From an uncultured Pseudomonadota bacterium (GTDB taxonomy: Bacteria; Babelota; Babeliae; Babelales; RVW-14), in contig CAZBMD010000002.1 of the NCBI GenBank assembly GCA_964493325.1, positions 26,416-90,415 on the forward strand: a stretch of DNA of 64,000 nt, given 5' to 3'. A program made the translations under genes and the position numbers. Each line of letters starts with the position of its first letter. The first letter of the stretch is position 1. The notes under the pieces are model-generated. The model searched no databases and was not told the DNA's origin. It saw only the letters and a program-made list of their open reading frames with translations. Positions 9,217 to 17,901 of the stretch are shown in pieces.

Positions 9217-9828
9217 TTAATCTGGGAGGTTAAAGTCTGTATCACCTTCTGATGACAAAGTCAGTACATATCCTTGAGCACCATCTCTTTTTGACGGGTC
9301 GATTACGCATAATTTGGCACGAGGGTCATCTGTTCTAACAAATCCTAATATTGCCCAGCGGTTTCTGTATTTTGTAATAACGGGACCTTCGTGTGATGGA
9401 AACATGTCTGCGGCAAATACGAGTACAACTTCAGGGTAATACTCTAGCATGTGTATTTTAAATGCTTGCTTAAATTCTAGGTCTGTAATTTTATTTTCAT
9501 CATAAGAACATGATCCAAGATATGCAGCTTCTTGTTCAATTCTAAATGTGCAAAAACCAATGCATTCTTCATTGTTATAGCAGCAGATAAGTTTAAGGGC
9601 TCCACTTTTAACCATATCTTTTAGACCATTCATGCGGTCTTGAAAGTACCCAGGGGGGGTCTTTTGACCAAGTTCTTCAAATAATTCAGTGTGCATTTTG
9701 ATGGCGATTTGTTCTACAATGGACCAGTCTTTAAGATTTCCACTGCTCATGGAAATATCTGCATTCAGGTTGCTGGCCATGGTGCTTGCGCAGATCCACA
9801 TAAACGCTAACCGTACGATGTTTTTCAT
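9217..9828 (-). CDS. Secreted protein of unknown function, tandem paralog 1
   Basis: Signal-like N-terminus MKNIVRLAFMWICASTMASNLNA and GAGGAG SD. Shares the C-terminal block FAADMFPSHEGPVITKYRNRWAILGFVRTD..AKLC..GAQGYVLTLS with the two upstream genes. Confidence 0.8.
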   Translation of the reverse strand: MKNIVRLAFMWICASTMASNLNADISMSSGNLKDWSIVEQIAIKMHTELFEELGQKTPPGYFQDRMNGLKDMVKSGALKLICCYNNEECIGFCTFRIEQEAAYLGSCSYDENKITDLEFKQAFKIHMLEYYPEVVLVFAADMFPSHEGPVITKYRNRWAILGFVRTDDPRAKLCVIDPSKRDGAQGYVLTLSSEGDTDFNLPD

Positions 9829-9894
9829 TTTTTAATCTCCTCTAAAATTGACAGACCGATAGAACATCTAGAATGTAATTTTTGCTCTGCGGAT

Positions 9895-10554
9895 TTATGT
9901 TGTCAATAGATTGAGTATGTATCCTTGTGCTGATGATTTTATTTGTTCATCTGGTGCATAAGAAAGTGCATAGGGATGATCTGTTTGAACAAACCCCAAT
10001 CTTAAGTAACGATTTTTGTGATACATGCAGATTGGATCTTGAGTTTCAGGAAAAAGATCTGCTGCAAACATGAACTTTACGTCATTGTAGTTTTCTAAAA
10101 GATATTGTTGAAGAGCTTGCGAAAAGTTTAAGTCATCAATAGCTTCTTCGTGATAGGCACAGGAATCAAAATAAGCATGTTCGCCTTTAACGCTAAAAGT
10201 ACAGTAGCCAATAAAATTTTCGTCTTTTCTTTGGTCTTCTTCGTAGCATACCATCAGGTCTACATGTTTTTCTTCGAAGATGTTTTTTTTCATTTTTTTA
10301 AGCCATGGCGAAAAGGCGTGCGCTGCTATAATCGTAAACTCAGATAGCATAAAATTTTCCATATAAAGTCGGTCTCTATTTTTAGTCTGGGCTTCGTTTA
10401 TTAAATTTGTGTATATCTTTGTTTCAAGTTCAATAATTTTGAGCCAGTCATTAATGATTCCTTTTCGAGTTGAAATAACTGCGGTTAGGTTGCTGATCAT
10501 AGTGCTTGAAAATAGTATTATACAGACTAATCGAACGAGATTGTTTATTATCAT
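9895..10554 (-). CDS. Secreted protein of unknown function, tandem paralog 2 (most divergent)
   Basis: Start moved to ATG 10554 (MIINNLVRLVCIILFSSTMISNLTA). That start aligns with the paralog N-termini and has AGGAG 6 nt upstream. Conserved block FAADLFPETQDPICMYHKNRYLRLGFVQTD..SAQGYILNL. Confidence 0.75.
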   Translation of the reverse strand: MIINNLVRLVCIILFSSTMISNLTAVISTRKGIINDWLKIIELETKIYTNLINEAQTKNRDRLYMENFMLSEFTIIAAHAFSPWLKKMKKNIFEEKHVDLMVCYEEDQRKDENFIGYCTFSVKGEHAYFDSCAYHEEAIDDLNFSQALQQYLLENYNDVKFMFAADLFPETQDPICMYHKNRYLRLGFVQTDHPYALSYAPDEQIKSSAQGYILNLLTT

Positions 10555-10631
10555 AAGGTCTCCTTTTTTTAACAGTTCTATCCTTTTGATAATCAAGGTT
10601 GCAAGCGACTGCTTCTATGTCAACCGATTGT

Positions 10632-10665
10632 AAAAAAGAAGCCCTGGACTTCCAGGGCTTCTTTT
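10632..10665. terminator. Rho-independent terminator after paralog 3 (A-run/T-run on both sides)
   Basis: Perfect 10-bp stem gaagccctgg/ccagggcttc with loop actt, flanked by aaaaaa and tttt. Lies 34 nt downstream of the stop of 10699..11337. Confidence 0.8.
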
Positions 10666-10698
10666 CAATTAAAACATCTTATTGAAAGAGTGTTGTTA

Positions 10699-11337
10699 CT
10701 ACAGTGGTACTGGGGTGTTCAGAGAAAGAACGTAGCCTTGGGCCCCGGCTCTCCTTGATTCGTCAGCAGCACACAACTTGGCATCTGGACTATCTGTTTT
10801 TACAAAGCCTAAATTATTCCAACGATTTCTGTATTTTGTCATCACAGGACCGTTGTGATTTGGGAACATATCTGCTGAATATACGAACTTTACTTGAGGA
10901 TAATTCTTTAGAAGATAGAGGTTGAAAGATTTTTTAACACTCTCATCATCAGTGAGCTCTTCATTGTAAGCGCATCCGCCAAGGTAAATGGCGTCGCCGT
11001 TTATTCTGAACATAACATAACCAACAAATTGTTCAGAAGAGTACCATTCAGATTGGTCTGACTGATTGTTATAACGTTCTGTTGTTAACACAAAAAGCTC
11101 CAGTTCTTTTTTTTCAAAAACAGAAACATGCCTGGCTACCATCAGTGAGTCTAAATGATTTGAAGGTATCTGTTGTCCAAGCTCTTCCATAAATTCAGTG
11201 TACATTTTAATGGCTGTGTTGGTAACTTCTTTCCAATCAAATTCTGTACCTTTGCGAGCTGTCAAATCAGCATGCAGATTGTTAATCATGGTACTTGCAC
11301 AGAGCATCGCACAAGCTAAGCGAATTATGCTTTTCAT
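10699..11337 (-). CDS. Secreted protein of unknown function, tandem paralog 3
   Basis: Signal-like N-terminus MKSIIRLACAMLCASTMINNLHA and AGGGAG SD. C-terminal block YSADMFPNHNGPVMTKYRNRWNNLGFVKTD..AKLC..GAQGYVLSL. Confidence 0.8.
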   Translation of the reverse strand: MKSIIRLACAMLCASTMINNLHADLTARKGTEFDWKEVTNTAIKMYTEFMEELGQQIPSNHLDSLMVARHVSVFEKKELELFVLTTERYNNQSDQSEWYSSEQFVGYVMFRINGDAIYLGGCAYNEELTDDESVKKSFNLYLLKNYPQVKFVYSADMFPNHNGPVMTKYRNRWNNLGFVKTDSPDAKLCAADESRRAGAQGYVLSLNTPVPL

Positions 11338-11376
11338 ATAATCTCCCTTCTAAAATAGAAAAACTACTCTGACATT

Positions 11377-11397
11377 CCTGAAATTGAGAATTTCAGG
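11377..11397. repeat. Perfect 9-bp inverted repeat (cctgaaatt gag aatttcagg) upstream of paralog 3
   Basis: Read directly from sequence. Lies 40-60 nt upstream of start codon 11337 on the minus strand. Function (operator or 5' UTR hairpin) unknown. Confidence 0.5.
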
Positions 11398-11624
11398 GTA
11401 CGATTATCATGTCAATAGTGTGTTCAAAAAAAAGAAGCCCGAGATTTCCGAGGACTTACTTGTCAGAAGCTAAACAAAATTAGTTTGAATCGAAAAGAGG
11501 ATTTGGTTCTGGCTGGTATAGGCAAAGTATGTCGCTCCGCTCATCAGATTGCATTTGTTGATAGAATATGACCTCAAGATCTTCAGAATCGCCTGTTGTG
11601 ACAAGTCCCAAGAAGTTGGCAGTT

Positions 11625-13817
11625 TTATCGCGCTTGAAGATCGCTGGTGAGAAATTGTTTGAGGAAAGTTAGGCGATCAACTTGTTTGTTGTTGTTGATA
11701 CCCATGGCAACCGCTTTAGTTTGTCCAACCAAAACGCAGAGCTTTTTTGCTCGCGTGATAGCTGTGTAAATAAGGTTACGCTGCAGCAGCATAAAATGTT
11801 GCATAAATAGAGGAATGATCACTGCTTGAAATTCTGAGCCTTGGCTTTTGTGAATGGAAATAGCATATGAGAGCATGAGCTCGTTCATTTCGGTAAAGTC
11901 ATATTCAAGGTCTCGTTCACCAAAGCGAACAATGACTTGAAGATTGACTCTATCGATATCAAGAATGGTGCCGATATCGCCGTTAAAAACAAATTTATCG
12001 TAATTATTTCTGATTTGCATAACGCGGTCGCGTACTTTGAATACTTGTCCAAATTGAACCACCTGTTTGGTTTCATCAACATCAGGATTTAAGATCATCT
12101 GGAGTTCTTGATTAAGCCTTATGGCTCCAGCTGTGCCACGATTCATGGGCGTTAATACAATCGCGTCATCAGGGCTGATGCCAAGCGCTGGGAGCTTGGT
12201 TTTGTAAATAGTGCGAAGAAGCGGGAACATCTCTTCTGGTTCGTTTTGTTTTACAAATGCAAAGTCTTTTTTTGATCCAGGTAATGCTGCTTGGGGAAAT
12301 TCTCCGTGATTGACGCGGTGAGCATTAACAATGATCATGCTGTCTTGTGCTTGTCTAAAAATTTGTGTGAGCCGGATGACTGGTATAATTTCTGAACCAA
12401 TTAAGTCGTGTAGCACATTGCCCGCGCCGACTGATGGCAGCTGGTCGATATCGCCCAAGAGGACGAGTGACGCGTTTTGAGGCATGGCTTTGAGCACAGA
12501 GTGCATTAAGAAAACGTCAATCATTGATGCTTCATCAACAATCAAGAAATCAATTTCAAGTGCATTTTGTTCATTGCGGGCAAAGCCCATCGACAGCGGG
12601 GTAAATTCAAGAAGTCGATGCAGTGTTTCGGTGTTGCGGCCGGTACTTTCGAACATGCGTTTTGCCGCGCGTCCTGTGGGTGCTGCTAGTCTAAAGCGAG
12701 CTTTATGTTCTTCAAGAACTTCGATAAGTCGCCTGGTTGTCGTCGTTTTTCCTGTTCCAGGTCCACCGGTAATGATAGTAATTTTATTTTGCAGGCAGGT
12801 TAAAATTCCTTGTTGTTGATCTTCATTAAGTTCTATCCCTTTTTTATCAGGCGTACGCAGGCTTTGATACACGGAGTGTGTGTCAAATTGGATGTGTGAC
12901 AGCGCTTGCTCCTGGAGCTTTAAAATTTTTTTGCTAATACCGATTTCTGAATAATAGAATTGTGGCAGCGCAAGAAAATGTTCATTTTCATAAGTTATGA
13001 GTTTTACTTTTTCTTGTTGATAGAGCTCTACAAGCGATCTCTTAAGTAGATCGGTAACAAGGGTGGCATCAAGACCAATAAGCTCAATTACCGCTTCTTT
13101 GGTTGCTTCAACTTTTTTATACAGGTGGCCTTCGGTTGTTGCTTGCGAAAGAACATGAAGCATGCTTGCTTTTACTCGTTCAATAGAATCGTGAGCAAGG
13201 CCCATCTTCAGGGCTATGCTATCGGCCGTTTTAAAGCCTACACCCCAGATGTCATCAACAAGCCGATAAGGATTTTCTTGCATTTTAGCGATTGATTCTT
13301 GGCCGTATTTTTTAAAAATTTTTACGGCAAATGTTGTTGGAACATCTTTGGATCGCAAAAAGATCATTACTTTGGAAATTTCTTTTTGCTCTTGCCAGGC
13401 TTGTGTAATGAGGTCAACACGTTTTTGGCCAACACCTGCAACTTCAAAAAGTCGAGAAGGTGTTTGTTCAATGATCTCAAGTGTTTGAGCTCCAAATTTT
13501 TTAACCAGCTTTTCAGCAAATTTTGGTCCTATGCCTTTGATAAGGCCCGACCCTAGATATTTTTCAATACCGACAATAGATGATGGAAGTGAGGTTGTGC
13601 AGGATTGTGCGTCAAATTGTCGACCAAATTTTGCGTGGAATGCCCATTGCCCAGTAAGTGTAACTTGTGCGCCTTGGTGAACTTCTGCAAAATATCCGCG
13701 AGCGACAATCGATTCTGAGGCACTGACTTTGAGTGCTATGACTGAATAGCCATTATCCGGGCTTTTAAAAAGCACACGATCAACGGCTCCAGAAATTTCT
13801 GTTATTTCTCCAGCCAT
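11625..13817 (-). CDS. recD2: RecD2-type ATP-dependent SF1 DNA helicase
   Basis: 730 aa. Walker A GGPGTGKTT, DEASMID (motif II), and a C-terminal SIHKSQGSEF..TAITRAK helicase motif. N-terminal HhH-like region as in RecD2. Confidence 0.9.
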   Translation of the reverse strand: MAGEITEISGAVDRVLFKSPDNGYSVIALKVSASESIVARGYFAEVHQGAQVTLTGQWAFHAKFGRQFDAQSCTTSLPSSIVGIEKYLGSGLIKGIGPKFAEKLVKKFGAQTLEIIEQTPSRLFEVAGVGQKRVDLITQAWQEQKEISKVMIFLRSKDVPTTFAVKIFKKYGQESIAKMQENPYRLVDDIWGVGFKTADSIALKMGLAHDSIERVKASMLHVLSQATTEGHLYKKVEATKEAVIELIGLDATLVTDLLKRSLVELYQQEKVKLITYENEHFLALPQFYYSEIGISKKILKLQEQALSHIQFDTHSVYQSLRTPDKKGIELNEDQQQGILTCLQNKITIITGGPGTGKTTTTRRLIEVLEEHKARFRLAAPTGRAAKRMFESTGRNTETLHRLLEFTPLSMGFARNEQNALEIDFLIVDEASMIDVFLMHSVLKAMPQNASLVLLGDIDQLPSVGAGNVLHDLIGSEIIPVIRLTQIFRQAQDSMIIVNAHRVNHGEFPQAALPGSKKDFAFVKQNEPEEMFPLLRTIYKTKLPALGISPDDAIVLTPMNRGTAGAIRLNQELQMILNPDVDETKQVVQFGQVFKVRDRVMQIRNNYDKFVFNGDIGTILDIDRVNLQVIVRFGERDLEYDFTEMNELMLSYAISIHKSQGSEFQAVIIPLFMQHFMLLQRNLIYTAITRAKKLCVLVGQTKAVAMGINNNKQVDRLTFLKQFLTSDLQAR

Positions 13818-13835
13818 AGCAGCTCCGTATACGTT

Positions 13836-14432
13836 TTACTTAGAATCAGTTTTCATTTTTTTGAGCTCTTCCACAGCTTTCTTTCTTGCTGTTTCAGATA
13901 TGCTTTTATACAGAGATGAAAAAACATGAGAGCAGTCATGGCAAAATTGTTCAAGCAAAGAAACTGAAGTAATTTCTTCAAGTGCAAAAGCTTCGACTGG
14001 TTTGGAGATGTTAAAAAGTTTTCCGAGCATGGTATCTGATGCGTTACGGCCAGTTCCTTCAAAACATTGATCAATCAACGGAGAGACCATCGATTTATTT
14101 TCACGAATAATATCAAAAAAGTCTTTAGCTGGATCAAGAATAAGTTTTAGTTGTGTTTCTATAAATCCTTTATCTACAGGATCTTTTTTCGCCGTGATGT
14201 TTTGGAGGACTTGTTTGATTTTTGCTTCTGCAAATTTAATGCGAACAGTAACCATTGGGTATTGCTCGAGTACTACGTTAAGAAGAGGCATTTGAGAGCC
14301 GGTGAGTGTTTTTGCGCCTGAGTATACAATTGTCTTATCATGTACGGCTTGAGTTGCTGCTTCTACTTTTGCAAACGTGATTTGTGTTGCAAGAAAGCCA
14401 ATTGATAGCGACAGGAGTAGTTTTTTCTTCAT
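13836..14432 (-). CDS. Secreted hypothetical protein
   Basis: Clear signal peptide MKKKLLLSLSIGFLATQITFAKVEA. No recognisable motif. Directly downstream of the outer-membrane barrel gene on the same strand. Confidence 0.6.
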   Translation of the reverse strand: MKKKLLLSLSIGFLATQITFAKVEAATQAVHDKTIVYSGAKTLTGSQMPLLNVVLEQYPMVTVRIKFAEAKIKQVLQNITAKKDPVDKGFIETQLKLILDPAKDFFDIIRENKSMVSPLIDQCFEGTGRNASDTMLGKLFNISKPVEAFALEEITSVSLLEQFCHDCSHVFSSLYKSISETARKKAVEELKKMKTDSK

Positions 14433-14503
14433 GATTGATTCCTCTAAATGTTATTATCTACACAAATATAGTTTATGTAACAAAGACAATGTTATTGGTA
14501 TTT

Positions 14504-15988
14504 TCAAAATGATGCTACAAATTTTAGGTAAACTGTCCAGTCATTGCCGATTCCTCTGCTCAGCGCTGTGACGTCACCGCCAAGACCCACTTGAAGATTG
14601 CGGGATGCAGATTTTTTTATTGAATAGAGAACTTCAGAAAAAATTTTATGCTGAGAAACCGTGTCAGATTCAGCATCTTTGATGCGTAGGTCAGTAATCG
14701 AAACAGATGGATTATTGATCGTACGAATAAATTCTTGTTGTTGTGCGTAAAAATCATATCCAACAGCAACAGACCAGCTATCTATGTTGCAGGATACACT
14801 TGTAATAAAGTTGAACACGCCACCTGGACTGACTAAACACTTAAATGATGATGGAAATATGTATTGCTTCATGTAATCATTAATAATATTTCCGTTGTTT
14901 GGATTGTTAGGTGTTACCATAAGAAGGTCTTCTGGCTTAAGAACTTGGTTAAACATAATGAGTCGGTCTTCGTAACCGTCAAATAGTTTATCGTATGATG
15001 CGCGCATCCAAATGGTTGCAATGTCATGAAAGATACCAATTTTTGATTCAAAATAAACACCAAGCCCGTAGTGTCCATTATTCCCAAGGGGGGCATTTAG
15101 CAAATAGTTTCGAATGTTTTGTAAAATACTGACGGCATTAGTTACTAAGGTGTCAGAATCAACGGCTCCAGCTATTTTGTCAACGTTAACGCTAATTGTT
15201 GGGCCGCGTGATAAATTACCGGTTGGAAGAATAGCTTCAAAGCCCACGTCAGTTTGAAAGTTTGTCATATTTAGAGAGTTGATTCCAAGTTTGATGCGTG
15301 TATCACCCATGCCATAGCGGATAATGAGCCCCTCGTCATCATCAAATGCAGCCCCGGGGAAATTCTTAGCTAAAATACTTTTAATTTCTTGTTGGCCACT
15401 GGAGTTAATCCAGAGGTTTCTTTCTGCAAGCAGAAGAGAGGTATGTAATTGAATAGTAAAGGGCCCTTTGGTAGCTCCAAATTGGATAAATGCACCGGCT
15501 TTGCGTTCCTGAATAGTAATATTTCGGAACAGCGGAATAAGTTGGACAATATCTTCTTTGCTAATCATTGATGATGGAAGGAGTTGAATAAGAAAGTTAT
15601 TTTCAAAGTCTTTGACGTCAAGAAGATTTTTGACGGTAACAGGCATCTTGTTGGTTTCATTAAAGAAGAAATTGACCGCTACGCCGCCTTTTTCAAGCGC
15701 TGCGAATTTGTGAGGGAAGTGGTACAAGATATTACGGGCAAAGGGGCTTTGTGTGTGGTTCCAAAGAGGGCTTGTTATGTTGCTGAGAACCAGTGCGATA
15801 AGCGTAGGATCAACAGGCAGGGTCATTGGGCCTCTGGTTTGCTCATACGCCTCGATATCGCTCAAATCGATATTGAATTCGTTGTTATCGCTGCCAAAAA
15901 AGTCAAAATCGTCCAGTTCGTCAGCTGAACAGCTCATGCCGAACATGATTATCGAAGCTAGTAAAGCGTTTTTGAGAAACAAGTTCAT
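14504..15988 (-). CDS. Putative outer-membrane beta-barrel protein (unknown family)
   Basis: Signal peptide MNLFLKNALLASIIMFGMSCSA. Alternating hydrophobic beta-strand-like pattern. Ends in the OMP-type C-terminal signature ..VYLKFVASF (terminal Phe). Confidence 0.55.
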   Translation of the reverse strand: MNLFLKNALLASIIMFGMSCSADELDDFDFFGSDNNEFNIDLSDIEAYEQTRGPMTLPVDPTLIALVLSNITSPLWNHTQSPFARNILYHFPHKFAALEKGGVAVNFFFNETNKMPVTVKNLLDVKDFENNFLIQLLPSSMISKEDIVQLIPLFRNITIQERKAGAFIQFGATKGPFTIQLHTSLLLAERNLWINSSGQQEIKSILAKNFPGAAFDDDEGLIIRYGMGDTRIKLGINSLNMTNFQTDVGFEAILPTGNLSRGPTISVNVDKIAGAVDSDTLVTNAVSILQNIRNYLLNAPLGNNGHYGLGVYFESKIGIFHDIATIWMRASYDKLFDGYEDRLIMFNQVLKPEDLLMVTPNNPNNGNIINDYMKQYIFPSSFKCLVSPGGVFNFITSVSCNIDSWSVAVGYDFYAQQQEFIRTINNPSVSITDLRIKDAESDTVSQHKIFSEVLYSIKKSASRNLQVGLGGDVTALSRGIGNDWTVYLKFVASF

Positions 15989-16020
15989 AAAATAAATATT
16001 CCTTTGTAATGGTCCGTGTT

Positions 16021-16040
16021 TTGGAATTATATTATTCCAA
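16021..16040. repeat. 7-bp inverted repeat ttggaat-N6-attccaa upstream of the OMP gene
   Basis: Read directly from sequence. Lies 33-52 nt upstream of start codon 15988 (minus strand). Confidence 0.4.
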
Positions 16041-16368
16041 TGATCTGATAGGATCGATATTTAATTGGTTGTTTTTCTGGTAATCGCTATCAGTACTGGA
16101 CTTTTGCGAAAAAAGCATAGTTAAACTGAAGATTGAATCATGTATGTCATTTACACAAACTTTTTTGAGAGCTTATGCAAAGAGCAAATTAAACTATAAA
16201 CCCTAAGTCTGTCAATGCACTTAAAGATTTGTAGGTTTTTCTCATTTTTTTTAAAAAAAATGGTATGTGATTTACAAAGGAGCTACACTGGGCGCTGTTG
16301 AAAATTGGCACAAAAGACAAAATAAGGCCTTAATAAAAGCTTTATTAGATTTAAGGGAGCTTCCATTT

Positions 16369-17100
16369 ATGGAGACACAGCTACAGGACAAACGATTATT
16401 TATTCTTGAGGGTAATATTGGCGCGGGCAAGTCGACGTTGCTCAAAATCCTTAAGGAAACGCTTAATATCGATATCATTGATGAACCTATTGATAAATGG
16501 CAAAACGTTGATGGTCAAGAAAATCTCCTTGATTTGTTTTACAAAGACACTAAGCGTTGGGCGTATACTTTTCAGTCGTATGCTTTTATTTCACGCGTTC
16601 AAGCCATTTTTGATAGTAGTAAACGGCCTGGGAGCTCACCTACTCAGATTCTTGAGCGTTCGGTTTTTTCAGATAGATTTTGTTTTGCAAAAAATGCCTA
16701 TGAAGCCGGTCTAATGAGTGATTTGGAGTGGCAAATTTATAAAGATTGGTTTGAGTGGTTAGTGGGTTCATACATGCCTAAGCCTCAGGGGTTCATTTAT
16801 CTCAGAACAACTCCTCACGTTAGTCACGCGCGCCTTACCAAGCGAAACAGGCATGAAGAAAGCAGCGTTGCCCTTGACTACATGGAGGCATTACACAAAA
16901 AACACGAGGATTGGCTCATTCATAAGGTTGAGCAGCCAGCTTATATCGCGCATATTCCTGTGCTTGCGCTGGAGTGTGATCATGATTTTGAAAAAGATCG
17001 TAACGAATTGGATCGCCACGTTGCGTTGATTAAGAGTTTTATTGAAACGGGAGTTTCTCCGCTTTCAGAAGTAGCGTCTTTAAAGCAGGTTGCTATTTAG
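16369..17100 (+). CDS. Deoxynucleoside kinase (dNK/dCK/dGK family)
   Basis: P-loop EGNIGAGKSTLL close to the N-terminus when ATG 16369 (METQLQDKRLFILEG) is used. ERS motif (LERSVFSD) and Arg-rich lid (RLTKRNRHEE). The track ORF starts at GTG 16267. Confidence 0.8.
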   Translation: METQLQDKRLFILEGNIGAGKSTLLKILKETLNIDIIDEPIDKWQNVDGQENLLDLFYKDTKRWAYTFQSYAFISRVQAIFDSSKRPGSSPTQILERSVFSDRFCFAKNAYEAGLMSDLEWQIYKDWFEWLVGSYMPKPQGFIYLRTTPHVSHARLTKRNRHEESSVALDYMEALHKKHEDWLIHKVEQPAYIAHIPVLALECDHDFEKDRNELDRHVALIKSFIETGVSPLSEVASLKQVAI

Positions 17101-17280
17101 TTTTTTGTGGTAGTTGCAGAGCAAATTGCACAAAGCCTGTGACTACCATTTTATAAATATTTTCAAAATATTTTCTCAAGATGAAGAGTTTTTTTGCAAA
17201 TGTATTCAATTAACAGGTAAAAAGCATATAATGAAAATACCAATAAAAAGTATGGCATTTTGGTTTAGATAGGGATTGTT

Positions 17281-17529
17281 ATGGCAGACGCAGAATCAGT
17301 AAAAATCGCAGCGTATATTGCGGCCGGTCTATGCATGGGCATAGGAACACTTGGTCCAGCGCTTGGAATGGGAATTATTGGTGGAAAATCATGCGATAGT
17401 ATCGGCAAGAGGCCTGAAGCTGCTAACGCAATTTTTAAAACCATGATTATAGCACTTGCATTTGTTGAAGCGGTAGCCGTTTACGCGTTGCTTATCGCGC
17501 TCTTACTCCTTATTTATTTGGGTAAGTAA
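17281..17529 (+). CDS. atpE: F0F1 ATP synthase subunit c
   Basis: 82 aa two-helix hairpin with a Gly-rich helix 1 (GLCMGIGTLGPALGMGIIGG), RPE loop, and the carboxylate in helix 2 (AFVEAVAVYAL). Confidence 0.9.
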   Translation: MADAESVKIAAYIAAGLCMGIGTLGPALGMGIIGGKSCDSIGKRPEAANAIFKTMIIALAFVEAVAVYALLIALLLLIYLGK

Positions 17530-17547
17530 CCCTCATTGTCGATTTGT

Positions 17548-17901
17548 ATGCTTAACGCAACATTTTTAGTTCAGATTATAAATTTTTGGGTTACATACCT
17601 ATTTCTCAATAGGCTGCTATTTAGGCCGATTGTTCAATTGCTTCAAGCTAAAGAGATAGCAAAAAAGCACTTGCAGCGTGATATGAAGCTTAAGGAAAAA
17701 GCTTTGTACGACTTGCAAGAAGATCGTCATCGGCAGCAAGTAGCATTTAAAATGTATCTCCAAAAAAATTATGTTGCAGATGTGCCGGATGGGATAGAAG
17801 ATGTTCCAGAGGTTACGTATGTTTGTGATGATGTTGAGCGAAAAAAACTGATTGATGAGTCAAGAAAGATCTTGGTAAAAAAGGTACGCCATGCTAGCTG
17901 A
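17548..17901 (+). CDS. F0F1 ATP synthase subunit b' (second b-type stator subunit)
   Basis: ATG 17548 gives MLNATFLVQIINFWVTYLFLNRLLFRPIVQLL, a typical b-subunit N-terminus, then a charged helix. Sits between atpE and atpF. Confidence 0.65.
   Translation: MLNATFLVQIINFWVTYLFLNRLLFRPIVQLLQAKEIAKKHLQRDMKLKEKALYDLQEDRHRQQVAFKMYLQKNYVADVPDGIEDVPEVTYVCDDVERKKLIDESRKILVKKVRHAS

Noticed and set aside
11443-11462. Third terminator-like element gcccgagatttccgaggac.
   Set aside because: The arms are direct (ccgag..ccgag) rather than inverted repeats, so no stable hairpin forms. It is treated as a degenerate relic, not a terminator.
11480-11554. 24-codon ORF (MQSDERSDILCLYQPEPNPLFDSN) downstream of recD2 on the minus strand.
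   Set aside because: It has no SD and no recognisable features, and it is very short. It cannot be distinguished from chance.
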